The notes beneath the pieces were generated by a model that saw only the letters and a list, made by a program, of their open reading frames with translations, was not told the origin of the DNA and did no database searches. Below are positions 28,578-42,860 of a stretch of 64,000 bases of DNA, in pieces. The DNA comes from Cercozoa sp. M6MM (taxonomy: Eukaryota; Protista; Endomyxa: Ascetosporea), in the NCBI GenBank assembly GCA_040357565.1, contig JBDODJ010000020.1; one strand, 5' to 3'. How positions within the stretch are numbered: position 1 is the first letter of the stretch; every line of letters begins with the position of its first letter. A program made the translations under genes and the position numbers.

Positions 28578-31021
28578 TCAACGCGGCATCGGCGAAGACG
28601 CGACTTCAGGCCAGCCCTCCGGCATCCAGATGCAACGCTCACTCGCCTCACTAGACTCAAACGTACAATGCCACCTGTATCATGAGTGCAGTACATATAC
28701 CTGGCAACCGGGAAGTAGTGCTGCTGCATCATGCCGCTCACGGCGTCGCTGTCTTCGGCTGCTTTGTTCAGTTGGTAAATTTATATTCCTCGTTCTGGAA
28801 TAAAGTGAAAAGAAACTAAAGAAAGTTCTTACGATCGGTCTCTGTGTATTCGCTGTACTCGACAGTGTAGTGCAGGCGAACCTGTGTATGTTCAGTTCAG
28901 TCAAGACACACACTAAAAAGAGAAAAGCTAGGGTGAAACTGACACTCGGGAAACTCGGCAAATTCAGTGTGTACTGAGCGAGCCACGGCAAGCCCTGCAT
29001 CGTCGTACTGTTCATTAGTCAAGTAATGCATCAACACTGGAACACAGTCAAGCTGCAGCCTGCAGTTGAACTGAGTACAGATGGACGGAGCCAGAGAAGC
29101 GGTGGTCGAACGGCTCGTCGCTTTGCAGCAGCATCATCGAACTGATTCTACAAGTGTGTGGTTGCAGGTTTATCGTGGACTGCATTATCGCCGACCAAAT
29201 GCTTCACTTACAACGGATCATCGGCGTGCAGCTCACCGACACTGGCCTGGCGCCAGTCGGAAGCTGTGAAGGACCACTCGAACTCGGAGCACGTGTCGTC
29301 GTCGCCACATGGAGTATCACCTGGGAGTACAGTGTGTATTTACTGTGTTTCAATCGCAGGTCTGAGATTGGAGGCACCGACGTGATCAGCACGACGAGCA
29401 GCTTCACTGCAGAAGTTAAACTAAACAGAAGCACACATAAATACAGCTGCCTCAGTGGTAAAATTTCAGAATCAACCGGCAAGTCGCAAGGGTAACGCGG
29501 CAGACCTCGTTTGAGGTGGTAAGCCTGCATTAATACAGTAAACACACACACATTATTACTGCATTAATACAGAATAATAAATGTCTGTGTAAGTGCTACA
29601 GTACCGCAGGAGAATGTTGTGCGAGTCCTTCAGTAAAAAACACACACATCGGGGCCACATTTATCCAGTTTTACTGTATCTCTCGACGGTTTAAATACTG
29701 CACTGTCGTCCATGAGCGTAGTCGGTTGTGAGAGCAACCACTCCAACACCACGCGACAGACACGTGTCCTTCAAAACACAGCCAGGTGCAACATGTACAG
29801 CACTGAGAACAAAGCTAATAAATACAGCAGACTGATAGGCGCAGATGTCGTTGACCTGCCCACAAAAAGTTCTGTTACACTAGAATTCCGCAAAGAGTGG
29901 AGTAAAACCATGTAGGTGCGGCGTGTCTGGTTTCGACTGTTCGGCGTGTCCCAATGGAGATCGGCGACGTACCTAAATGGAGGCAACTTCATTGCTTTAA
30001 ACTGCAACAAGAACTAAAAACAGATAGAACTGTACCACTGGTCACGAGTGCCCGCAACACGATCTTGATCGGAAGCGCGCATGGCAGTGTCCCAGTCGTA
30101 GCTGAGCGCATGTTTTGCTGGATTTAACTCAGCCATGAACTGCATGGAACGTAAGAGAATTTACGAATGCACGGCATTGAAGGTTACGTTGTTAAAACCG
30201 CGCATCACTGTGTCACACAACGACATGTCGCCGTCGGCAGCTGCAGGTACAGGGGGCAAATTCAATTCATTCTCGCTCCTGAAAACTGAAAGTAAGCAAA
30301 CTGACCGTCTTCATCACACGTCTGAACAAACGTAAAATCTGGAAAATGCAGTATAGAGGTTTTTTGTTAGTTTGGTTGTACAATGTGCGTGTGCTCCTTG
30401 TACGACGCCACACTCGAGTACTCGGGCATCGATTGCGCCTGCCGATGGCCGTATTTTCAACAACAGTTTTTGTGCATATGACAAGGTGAACTTTCATTGA
30501 AGGTCCAAGGTACCGCAACTTGCACCGCTACAGCCAGGAGCAACCACATAGTAGCAAGAAACAGCTCTTAAAGTCAGTTGAGCAGACAAAAAGAATAGTG
30601 AAACGGAAAGTGACGTGGCTGGCATGCCAGGATTGTTTGCTTGACCCTGCTGTCAGGATGGTTGGTAGTCGAATACAGACAATACTGTCTATAGTTAGAG
30701 ACGTCAGCGCGCACGGATCAGCAGATAGATATCCTTCGTGTTCATTGTTCCAAGGCATTAGTGTAGGTGACGAAGTTAGGTGTGCTTCCGATGCGACTTC
30801 TGGCTGCGCTGTTCGTTCTGTGTCTTGCGATTTCGGTTCGTTCCAGCCGCAGAAATCCTCACCTTAGTAAAACTGTCAGCTAACAGAGTTACTCTATGTT
30901 TTTGAGAGTGTAGACCAAGGCCGAAGCAGTCAAAAAGGCCGAGAAGAGACCGTCGCTGTGGCGTCGTTTGCGCAATACTGTCACTGGCAGCAAGCGAGAT
31001 GATGACAGTACTCAGCAGCAT
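28578..31021 (-). CDS. Hypothetical, probably secreted protein with many small exons
   Basis: Signal-like MLLSTVIISLAASDSIA. Exons include FMAELNPAKHALSYDWDTAMRAS, YVADLHWDTPNS, GDTPCGDDDTCSEFEWSFTASDW and WHCTFESSEASERCIWMPEGW...*, with GT-AG borders. Confidence 0.5.
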
Positions 31022-31089
31022 GTGCACGAGGTATACACCACCGCAACTTTATTGAGCTCTTTTCATACGAGAAGTCGTCGTTTGTTTAG

Positions 31090-32728
31090 ATGCGACTGGA
31101 GTACCCAGTTGCAGCAATTCCACTGTCTGTTCCAGGCAACATCTACACTGGAACCGAACTGGGCAAGGTGGCTTTCGACATTCAAACCGTCTTGTCGAGT
31201 GTGTTCACCGAATTGGGTACAGTACAACAGAAAACTAGAGAAACTAGTTGTCTGTGTATCGTATTGTATATTTCTGTCTCATGACTTAGATCCGACTGAA
31301 ATTAATACACTCAATCGCAACTGCGCCATGATCGGGTACAGTGCCGGTTTCGGATGCTATCGTTGCTAACTGGCAGTTTGGTCCGTCATATTGTTAACTG
31401 ACAGGACTGGAGGCTTCGGTCAGGTAGTGCTGCCACTCGACGCACTGCCCGAGTGGCTATTGCTTCGACTGGTCAGTTTTGCTTTTGACCAAACTGAGTA
31501 CAAAAACAAGTCTTGTAGAGCGTGCTGGAGACGCCAAATGTCGCACAAGAACAGCAGTAAGCTGTTTAACCTTCAAGCAAGTTAGTTTCTTACTCAGTTC
31601 TTGTTGTTGGCACCAGAGTGGTCGTCAAAATTATCACAAGCCAACGCAGTTTTGATCAAGAGTTGAGAGCATTGCAGTACATCATGCACCTTGGCAGTGG
31701 TAGATTACAGATGAAAACCCAACTGAACTGCAAAAAGCTGTATTTGAGACTTGAGAAGGCGACCCAGCAACGAACAATCTGCTGCCAGTGCTTGGAATGA
31801 CACGTGGAAACGAGCCCGGATACCCGAGTGCCCTCGTGTATCCCTACCTTTCGGGAGGTTCGTGTACGTTGGTGTCTCTATCGTTCAAACAAAGCGGTCG
31901 TAGGGTGGAAGTTTCTTGCAGTGCACGATGCTTTGGCTTCTAATGCCAAGTTCTTCATTTCGCACGTCGGCCAACTCACCTTGCAGGTCAGTCAAAGCTG
32001 TGATTTGCGTCGATCTGAATTGAATGACTAATTGCTACTGTGAAGGGCATTCGATTAATGCGTGAAATCACCCATGGGGTTATTGCACTGCACGCCAAGG
32101 GTCTCGTGCATCGCGACATCAAGGAAGCCAACGTGGTGCTGTCGCGAGATTTCTCAGACGCGCGACTGATCGACTACGGAGTGACTGTGCCGCAGGGCTC
32201 GTCCAACACTGTGGCCGGCGCATTCTCCTACTGGCCGCCCGAGTTGTTCCCCCGCTGGGAAGACGGGCAGCCGCACGCGTAAAATGAACTTTCTTTGACT
32301 GAGTCAGACAGTATTCAGTTGTTTTTCCTGGAACTGGTTTAAAACTGAGTTTGTGTAGTGCACAAGTGACACAAGACGTGTATGCACTCGGAGTGGTCAT
32401 GTACAACATTCTCGTTGGCGTTCCTGCTTCCTTCGGTTCGCCCGGGGCGTACGGTACGAAAATTGTATCCAGTATATACTAACTGAAACTAAACTGAAAG
32501 CAAGATTTGCGACCGGAATCCGATCGATTTTCAGACCAACTGAGCGTGTGGAAGACGGAAGGACGCCTCGAAGCGTTGGCGCCAGTCCTGCATCAGTTTG
32601 ACACTGAAACACAGCGGGTGTTGACTCACATGTTGACACGTCAAGTGCACATCCGCGCGGAGCAGGCCGCAAATCACGTAGCTTTCTCCAAATTGCTTTT
32701 CGACTTTACTCACTCTGCTTTTGGGTAG
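31090..32728 (+). CDS. Divergent Ser/Thr protein kinase (start uncertain)
   Basis: IG|TGGFGQV, VVVKII, HRDIKEANVV, LIDYG, GAFSYWPPE, DVYALGVVMYNIL. Confidence 0.82.
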
Positions 32729-33300
32729 TTCGAGATGGCTCGTGCATGGCTTGACAAATGCGAACAGCAACTGGTGCCCTTGTGTTCAGTTTCATTTGAT
32801 TTGCGTACTGTGCTGTAAATTTATTACACATTGTGTTATTTTTGTGATGTTGAGGCAGCTGCAGCCACAGCAGGCGGAGGTCAGTTACTCTGTCTCGCAG
32901 GTACACTGAAGCACCTCTGCCTGCTCGGTGTGTCCGGTAGTTGTTCAACTGTAGCCTCTCTCTTGTGACTCCTCCGATGATGATGTACAGTACTTTATTA
33001 AGTTGCTGTAACCACTAGATATGCTGTATATTAGGTTTAACGCCTACGCTATATAGGAAGCTCCATCACCCACGAACAGCGACGCATTCTTTTTTTAAAT
33101 TCACGGCTTTATACTGAGAGGACTCACTGTCTTTGACTGGGAGGCAATGTACATTACCTAAACCAACCCAGTTCATTTGCAAGCCAGCGTTTTAACCAAA
33201 AGTGCTGCAGAAACAGTTGGAGTATAAACAGCGTCGCAGAGCCGCGTCTAGAAAACTACTGTCCTTGACTGGAAGATTAAGTTTATGTAAATACTGTATC

Positions 33301-36300
33301 TCAGCGTCGATGGCGACGTTTAAGTCGCGAAAAGCGGTCCGAATGACTGCGATTTAGTGCTTCAAATGACTCGACAGAGTCGACGCTGCGACTGCTTTCA
33401 GAGAGACTTGAGAACTCCTAAAAAACCAGAAATTGATACAGCTTCCTGTCACTTTGGCCACCACTTAAAAGTGAGAGATATGGGATACAATGGGTATCTT
33501 CGCAATATTGACTGCACTGCGCGAGCGTGATCTCGAGGGCCGACGTGAAAGCTTGCCAGCGCTGCTTCTGCTCCGTGTACTTTCAGAGAAGTAACTGGCG
33601 CTGTCGTCACTGCTACTGTAGCTATCGCTGCTCCATGTGTCGGATGTATGCGTTGATGTGCTGTAACTGCGCCTTTCGCCTCCTATGTGTGAGCATCGTA
33701 CACAGTACGGGTAGGGAAACCTCGCATGGGAGGGTACCTCCACGCTGGGAGTAACTGTGAGTGTCTTCGTCTCGGTGCGCGTCGCGCAAGCGTCTCACAC
33801 GCACATTAGTGCCGTAGCGACGCTCAGGTGGTGGATCGATTGTTGGAACGGTGCTGTCCCGGTAGCTGGGAACACTGCCGCTGCAGCCACTCCCTGAAGC
33901 AGGTCGCAGAGACCGTACTTCCTTAAACTGAAACTGGAAGGAGAAGCTACCATGCGATTCTTCGAAAGAGGACACACTGCTCGATGGTGACTTGGGAGGA
34001 AGGACCTGATCGCCCGGTGCGATGCCCTGAAGGGCAACTTGTGACACGGTGCGTTTCTTGGTGCTTTCGCTCTTCTTTGACGCTGCACGTGTCGGAACCG
34101 ATCGCGACGAACTCACTTCAGGCGATCGAACACTCGGCGATTTTTCGCGCCGTTTCTTTTTCGACTTCTTGGCGCGCTCGGTCTTCTCTAGAAGCGACGC
34201 TGCCTTTTTCTCTGTTATCGGGAGGGTTAGTTCTACTCCACTCTAGACTAGAAGAAACTGGAGTACTTCTGCGATGCCCAAAAATGCCGCAGCAGCAGCA
34301 CAGCAGGCAGAGTAGCAACACGACTCCACATGCTGCAGCGAGGTAAATTACATCCTTCTCCGTGTCGCGCCCGGTGTCGATTTCAATGTCTTCGCCGACG
34401 ACAAAGTTCGTGTACTCCGCTATCTACTCAAGGGAGTTGAGGACACTAATTTAATCGAAAAGATGCGGAGAAGCACACCGAGATAGCTTTGACCTCGCCG
34501 GTGAACTGCGAAGTGTCGCGTCGCGTTTCGATATCGTTTTTGATGGCATCACGCAGTATCTGCACCCCAACTGATAAGAAAAACGACTGACCCCAACTGA
34601 AAGAACAGAGCTGGCTACGTCAAGTTGCTTCGCTGCCGAAGCTCCCGTGACCGCGAGTGCATGCCACAGATTCGCCGGATCATCGCCTCCAGTCAGTTGG
34701 AACAGACGTCGGTCCTGGCACAGCGTCTGGTCTTGAGTTCGCAGCAGTGGCAGCGTGCGCAGTGTGCTTTCTCTGAATAAACAAAAATCCAACAGTCGCA
34801 GATCCGAATGAAAATTGGTGGACGAGAGGGCGGAGAATGAAAAATACGGGAATGATTCTTGAGTTGCGCCCGCATTGGCAGCCGCTCTACGAATGCAGCT
34901 TTAGTTTACTTTTACAGAGTACAGTTAGCAACAGCAGCTTACGCCAAGATCGATGTGCGAATGGTCGTCAGAACTGCGGCAAACTGGGCAGCAATTGCGC
35001 TGCCTTGTGCCTGTAGGGATTGGAGCATTGAGGAAAGTTGAAAGGAGTTGCAAGCTACCTGCAAAGTGCTGGAGGACAGGGCCAAGCATTCGCCCGGAGT
35101 GAAACCACCGCTTGGAAACTCTTGCTGCAGTTGCGAGTTAGTTCGCCGAATGCCGAGCAGTGCCAGTCTAAAGCAGTTGCAGCAGGTATTTACCAGATAG
35201 CTGATCCCAGTTAAAAGGACAGTTTAATACACCTGTCGCCTCGTGTCTCCGAGTAACACAACTGCTGCTGTAGGCAGAGACCACTTCGAGTTGCTGCATT
35301 TACACAAATGAATTGAGGCAGTCTTTGGTGAGGACTGAAGAAAGGTACCGTTCACAGTCGAGCCGCCGAAGGAAGTGCTTCCGGCAGCAGCTTCGCACGC
35401 GGCGAACTCGGTCGAAATTTCGCACGCTGCGTCGCCAGTCACTGCTTGTGTTCCACTGCATAGTTTCATCAGTTCTTTTCTTCAGTCATGATAATTTAAA
35501 TGGAAACAAGAGTTTACGTTCTGGTGGTACACAGACGGCCTTCCCAACCAGTGTCGCAGCGACAAGTACCCGTGATGGTGCAGACGCCATTTCCTAGTAT
35601 CAGAAAGACAAGTTGAAGGCTCAAGAAAGGAGAGAACGAGGTATGCATGCACACCGCTGCACTGGACTCCATCGGCATTGGCGGCATCGTTCACTCCGCA
35701 TTCGACACTGCTCAAGACCACACCCGAAAGTAGCACTATTGTTCAGTTACAGTTTAGTTGACAATTACGTCTGCACTCCGAGAGCTTGATAGTCGAGCTG
35801 ACAGTTCTCGCCTCCAAAGTTGCGTTTGCTGCAAAGAACAAAGCTTCTGACAGACTGTACTAGTTGCACACATCGTTTAGTACCAAAAACAACGGCCGTC
35901 GCCATCGCAACTGCCATCGAGGATACCGGCCGTGTTGATCGGACAAGGACATGGCATGCACGTTGTTGTTGTGTTCGATACTAACTCAGCCAGAATATAT
36001 GCCGTCTAATACACGATGCGTAAGGGGTGCTTACCTCGCGCAAAATACGTTGGTTTGCACGTGTCGCATCCAGGTAGCATTTGGCCTGGTAAGTTCCAAC
36101 AAAGTCAAAAGGAAGCAAAGATAAAGGGCTCGTGTATTTACCTGTGCTGGTGCACTGGCAGACACGCAACGAAGGAGGGTTCTACTTGGAGGATTTTGTT
36201 TTAATTGATAAGCCAAACCGTACAGAAATTCGAGCAAGTGAAAACCGTTGGCAGGGCGACATCGCTTGGAGCGGGTGCACATTCCTAAACCACATCATCC

Positions 36301-37223
36301 TTTCACAACAGCAGCTTTGCTGTGATAGTTTTGTTTCAACTGTACAGTACCTGCCCTGCAGCCACGTCACACTGCGCGGAACTGTCGCAGAAGCGCAGAT
36401 CAGACGTGTCGCAACTGACTGTACTTTTTTGCGGTCAATGATTGCAAAGCAAATTGTTCTTGAAAGTGTACTGATGGAAGTCCAGGCTCGAACTGCCGTG
36501 TTGCAGGTGTACTCTCCAATGCCTCCTCCAGTACAGTTGACGACTCTCTAAAAATAGGGTATTTTATGTGTGTTACAGAGCAGGCTTCAGTATAAATTTC
36601 ACAGTTGTGAATGGCCGTGGACTCAGCAAGGAAACTCCAACACCAGCAATGTTGCTATCACTCCTCAAGTCGGCCTGCGATATGCGTAAGCAACCAAGGA
36701 GTGACAGAGAAAGGTACATTCAGCTACATGTACCAACGGGCACTGCTGCGACGCGCAAGCACTGCCTGAGTAGCCGGCGAAACATCGACACCCGACGGGA
36801 GAGGCGCTGCAGCCTTAAAAAGTGAAGTATCTGTGTTAGTGTGTAAAAGCGAACTCACGCGTCACAAACGCCGCCTCCGTTGCACTGGTATCCTTGCTGA
36901 GCCAAGCAGACAATATGATCTGTAAAACGACCATCTACACCATTAAAACACCGCAGTTTACCGAATTCAACGGGCATGTCGTTGTGTCGACTTCTAAAGC
37001 TGTCCAGTTCTGAGCACACGTGTTGCCGCGAAACGGGTCACGGCACTGACAAAGCCCACTGTCGGGGTGACAACTGAAACCAGAAACATAATTTAAAACA
37101 GAGCAGTTTCTACTAACAATATATGGCAAAAACAAACTGATCATAAAAGTGAGGGTACACTCGAGTTGCAGGGTCTGGACCGCGTCCAAGAATGCAACTG
37201 CAGTTGAAACTGACACTCAGCAT
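33301..37223 (-). CDS. Type I membrane protein with N-terminal EGF-like repeats and Ser/Arg-rich cytoplasmic tail
   Basis: CHPDSGLCQCRDPFRGNTC, QCNGGGVCD and GCRCFAGYSGSACASQQCP (EGF-like). Hydrophobic ACGVVLLLCLLCCCCGIF near 34300; Ser-rich tail. Exon chain only partly resolved. Confidence 0.55.
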
Positions 37224-37707
37224 TTCAAACCCTTAGCGTCAGTACATTTAAACTCATAATCTCGAAGATTTCTCGTCCAATGAGAGTCCGAAAGCGACAA
37301 ACTCCGAGCTCGAGCATCTTTTTAATTCTCGGCCGAGCTACCACGACTGGGCGAATACTAAATTTTAAACAGGCAACTGACGGGAACTATTGAAAACGGG
37401 CCTGTGTTTCTCGTCGCTGGTCGCCTTAGCACAGACACTAACACGGTCCCTTGCAGTCTAATTGGTTTGATGCGTTTCCCACCCCGGAGGCATCAGTTTG
37501 TGAGTAAAAATATACTGCGTGAACTACTAGTTCAGGGATGTGAGTGCCCGAGCGCGGGCTACGGTCGAGCAGATCTGAAGGTTGCGTCTTTTTAACTGAC
37601 GTAACGGCAGCCTAGCAACGAAAACGGTCGGCCGTGCGTCGGCGTGGAAATCGGGTAGACGTCATTGTGACTCGGGTACTTGCAGGTACTTGCAGTGGCG
37701 CGAAAAT

Positions 37708-39524
37708 CTAAAGCGGTACGGCAGCGACCGGGATACGCAGCTGCTGGCCGTAGTGCTTCTGGCAGTAGGCACGATCCATGTCGCGCAGCTTGCGCAGCAA
37801 CTCGGCGCCGTCGTCGGTCTGGTGCACGCCTGTGCAAGCAGCGTTAACGGTCGAAATGGACTCATCACAAAAGGCAGACAACTCACGCTCGTGCACGATG
37901 GCGCGACGCTTCTTGTAGCGCGTCTCCATCGGCATGTCCGAGTAGTCGATCGGCGTCCTACAGTAAGATAGTCAAGTCTCGTCTGGGTCAGACAATCAGT
38001 ATAGTTTAGGATGAACGCACAACGCCTGCGTCTCCTGGACGAAGGCCTTGACCAGACGGTCGGCCTCAGAGTCCTCGACGGCGAAGGGCATCTTCTTCAC
38101 CGGCACAAAGGTCGGCTCCACCTGGCCCGTCTGTTCGAACTTGGCGTGCGCCTCTTCGAAGAGCCGCTTCGCGCGCTGCTGCGGCGACAGCGTCGTGTTG
38201 AAGGCGCGCTTCATCTTCCACACCATCTGCACAGACATGGCACAGTCACACAGGGGTCTCAACACCCTCTGACCCTCAAGAAACTCTCATCTCGTACCTC
38301 CTCGTCCTTGGGAATCGGCGCGATACCGACACGCTTCTCCTTGAAGAGGGGACCCTCCTTGGCCTCCTGTGCATTGACACAAACATGTCATTTTGTGTCC
38401 CTTCGATCGCAACCAACTAAGGCAACCTTCAGAATGCGGTCGGCTTCCTGTGACACGCACACACAAATTGTACTACTCTCCAGTTGGAACATTGACAGTA
38501 TGGGCTACCTTCTTGGCAATCACAGGAGCACCCTGCTCAGGAAGACGCTTGGACTCCATGAACACCAGCAGATGCTTCACCAGACGGTGACGCATCTCCT
38601 GCACTCACATGTCCAAATACATCAGTCAGTCAGTCAGTCGGTCGTTCCAAAAAACAAGCAATATTCAACAACGTACCAGACCAGCAGGACCGAGATTCTT
38701 GGGCGGTTGATTCAGCAGGTACATGTCGAGGTTCTGTCCGGCCAAACATTGAAACGCAACACAAAAGGAGCAGCTGAAGAAAGTCAAAAATTACCTCAGC
38801 AAAACGAGAAAGCTCGCGAAGTGCCGTCGTCGAAATGAACCTGACAACCAACGCGTGAGAGCATTAAACACTTCACTGATGCATTTAAAGTACTTGATCG
38901 GCACTTCTTTGCCAAGAATTCGCGACCAGATCGAATGGTTGCGCGCTGCGAGAATCGAAATAACACATCCGCGCGGACAAGAAAAACCAAAAATACCAAT
39001 TGTGGGGAACACATCGCGTTTGTGGTGCTTGTCAGACCAAGTGCGCTTGCTCCACTTCGTGGTCTTGCGCTTACCGTGCATGAGACCCTTCTTCTCGACT
39101 ATTGTATAAAACAAGCGATCAAAACAGCCCTGGCTAAAAGTTTGAAACTAAGGAAACTATCAAAATGTTACCACGAGTGCGAGCGTTGCGGCTGACTTTG
39201 CGCATCTGATCCGGCGTTTCGAGGTACATCTCTTGCAGTTGCAGAGCGTTCGGGAGCTGGAAGGCATTTGGCGAGAAGCCCACCACTGCATCATCAGAAA
39301 TCATCTTTGTTTCCTTAGAACACACAAGGTCGTGTACCTTGACCACGCCAAGTCTGCTTGCCGCCAATCACAGCCGGCTGCAAGTGCAACACGAGCACCA
39401 TCCAAGACAGAATGAGGCAGGCCCAAAGCACAAAACACATAAATCGTACTCTGGTGGTTTGCCGCGTTCGCCGCTTCGGCCGGTGCGGATAGAGAGCACG
39501 TGTGCGCGCCGCAAATCTGCCCAT
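37708..39524 (-). CDS. MRPL28: Mitochondrial ribosomal protein bL28m (MRPL28/MrpL24-like) with C-terminal extension
   Basis: Arg-rich presequence. KKGLMHGK...HSIWSRILGKEVPIK|FISTTALRELSRF...NLDMYLLNQPPKNLGPAGL|EMRHRL matches the eukaryotic bL28m pattern. Confidence 0.72.
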
Positions 39525-39751
39525 CTTTCACGTCACTCGTGCTAATCCCTCGCTCCAGCGGGCTGGGTGCGCCTGTGCGCAGCACTTTTTCTGGCTCACT
39601 GCACCGATACATGAGCCGATATCGCAAGTCGTTTATCAGTGGCGGTAGTGGGGTGCAGCTGAGTACTACTTCCGTGTACAATTAACCTTTGGTTTTTAAT
39701 CGTGTCGAAGTTGTCAATCCGAGTTGTGACACCAGATATTTGGTGTCGGGC

Positions 39752-42741
39752 ATGCAAACTGACCGAGCGCAGTATGCGACCAAGTGGCTCAAGGTGCACG
39801 CTTTCTTGCTGTTTGAGAGTTGGATAGCAATTTATTTTGTGCAGACGGAGCTACAGATGCTAGCGGCCGAGCAATGTGGCCACACAGATGTTGAAGTGCA
39901 GTTGCCGTTTGCGCAAGCTGTGCGTGCAGCCATGCTGATGCAAGGTCTGCCCACGAACGAGACGACACTGAGTGCAGAGACGCAAAAGTACTGGCCGCTG
40001 TTTGCTCAGCTGCTGCACTACTTCCGACAAGACCAGGCCAAGCGCGAGGCCACACTCGCTTGCAGTCGTAACTTTAATTGCTTGCTTTCAACTCTCTCGT
40101 TTTTGGATGAGCTCTGTTTTCTTTTCGAGTCAGAGCAGCCTCAGATGATCCAAGCACGTCGACACGGTTATCAATACGTTCAGCAGCAACTCTGGCTTCA
40201 GCAGCAGCAGCAGCAGCAGCAAACGCAGGATCAAACGCAGCAGAAGAAACGCTCCCAACACCAGGTCCGCGCGGATGCCGAAACAACAGAAAACGAGCCC
40301 AAACGACGGCGTGTTGTGCGACGCAAAGTTAAACAAACGCAGCAGAAGCAACCACAACAACAGGAACCTGCAGTGGGACAAGTCACTGTCGTTCAGGTGG
40401 CGACCCAAGACTCCGTCCGCGCGGATGCCGCTGAAGACGACAAGAACTTGCTGCCGTTGGGATCGGTTGACTTGTGGTCCGACTACGTGGTGACACACTC
40501 CAGCAACGAGCTTTTCACGCAGTCGTACCTTGACGCCTTTTGAATTCTTGAAAAAAAGTATCTTACTTTTTCATTCTTTGCAGAGTGACCGCGAAAACTG
40601 GAGTGCCCGTTCCGCGCTTTCATGGTTCCAAACGGTACGTACTGTGTTCTTAGATCCCTAGCGTTGATTAAACTGAGCTATTCATTTTGTTTAGACGACG
40701 CTGGCGCGAAAAGGCGCTTTCTGCTCTGGCCGACAGCGGTCAGGTACAGGAAAATACCAAAAAGGCACAACAACGTTCTTCAATTTGTGACTGGCAGGCC
40801 GACTGGGCTCAAGACGATGTCTACGCCGAATGTGGTGTTCGTGTCGACGTTATGGCGGCTTGGCAGCAGCTTTTGGCAATTCGACACGTGCGGTCGCCGG
40901 AAGATGCGCGTGTGGAGGTGCTTTTGAGCTAAAACGAAAGAATTTGCATGTGATGTTCTTTTGTTCAACAAAATAGGAAGGAATAAAAGCAGTGCGCTCC
41001 CTGCTCGAGTCTCAACCGGACGATATTGGCGTGGCACCACCAAAGCAAGTGAAACTTGTCGACTTTGAAAACGCGGAACTGCCATTTTTACGATCGGTAA
41101 ATCTTTGCTCTTTCGGGTTAACTTTTCCTTCGTTCGTTGAAGCTTCGTTCGTTGAAGTTTTATTTTTTTCGCAGGCAGCCATGATGTTTGAACTTCGAAA
41201 GTTCGTTGCAACGGTATTCTTTGTGGTTGTTGCAACTAGTCAACTGACAGTGTTTTCCTTTTTTCAAGAACTTGCGCGGCTTCAACGAGGATTTGTCAGC
41301 GCCGAAACTCGCAAGATTCGCTCGTCGTCTTTGTAAACGTTTGCCAGGTGTGTTCTTCGCTTTCTCTTGCTTTGTTGTAGTTTACCGAATGTGTAGGTCC
41401 GCAACCGGGCGTATTGGCGCGAGACAACCTGGAAGTGCTGCGATCTCACATGTACACTGTTTGTACTATTGAACAGAATGAAAATTGGGATTCTGCGCTT
41501 GTGTTGTTGCAGGTACTATGTGACAGAAAAGAGTGACGGTTTGCGCTTTGTCTTGATGAAAGCTGGTGCCTTTGTGTATGAGTTAGTCGACGGATTTCTC
41601 TGCTTTCATTTTTTCTTTTTGAACTTAGATTTCGGCTGGGCGCTGATTTCGCGTCGTTTCGATTTCTTCACGTTCAACGTAGCAACGTTTTTTGTTTTCT
41701 TGGCATGTCTGTTCCAGTTTTGTTATTTCCTGCAGGTGGAAGATGGCGGATACAAATACGGCATTCCGGACACCACACCTGTATGGCTTTGTTGTTATCG
41801 CGCTTAAATACCAAACTCAGGGTTCGTACAGGATGGCTGTTCGGCGCTGACGTTGCTGGACGGCGAGTTGCTGCGACACCCGGGTGCTCAAAGCTTATTT
41901 TCTTCGCTGCGTTTCGACAAACGCACGATTTGACAGAAAAGCGACACTTGCACACGTTTCTCGTCTACGATGCAGCAGTGTAGCTTTCACTTTGGGATGC
42001 GTTTAATTTGTCGGTGTGCTGATGTGGCTATTGTGGTTAGTGTGCTGGACCGGCATGTGCACCAGCTGCCGCTTTTTGAGCGACTTGAGCATGTACGCTA
42101 ATTGATTGCTTTGTTTGTTTCGAGTGTGTGAATGTGTTTATCTGTAGGTGAAGCCTCTGGTGGAACAGTTCGAACGTGCTTTCAACAGTGGCGCCAATGT
42201 CGACGGCTTTCCGTTCCTGCTGAAACTGAAGCAGGTTTTCTTTCTCTTCTGTACCCTTGCGTTCTTTCCTTTACATCGATAATGCCTCAGATGTGGCCAG
42301 CGCCGAGGGTGGAGGAATGTTTGCGTCGCATCAAGCAAGTTCCGAACGCGCATTGGGTATTATTGTATCTTTCCCTGCCTCCTTGCCCTTTCACCTGCCT
42401 CCCGCAGAAATATCGCGATGCAAGTCGCTCAAACGGCAATGACGGTCTCGTTTTCACACGTGCCAATGCGCCCTATGTCGAGGTACCGCTTTGTTAGTTG
42501 CTTTTGTGTGCATTCAAAACTATAGAAAACAAATTTAGCGAATGACGAAAGCTTCTGCTCCGGCGCTCGTCAAGTACAAGCCTGCATCTTTGCAGACTGT
42601 ACCTTACATATTGGTTTTGTGACGTTGCTTGATTAAACGGCTCTTTTCCTAGGTCGATGTGCGCGTGGTTGCGCCTTTTCTGCGCACCAACGATGATGAC
42701 ACTTTCTCTGTTGGTGCAATCTCGCTTTGTTTTTTCGCTTG

Positions 42742-42797
<56 letters not shown>

Positions 42798-42807
42798 NNN
42801 NNNNNNN

Positions 42808-42860
<53 letters not shown>

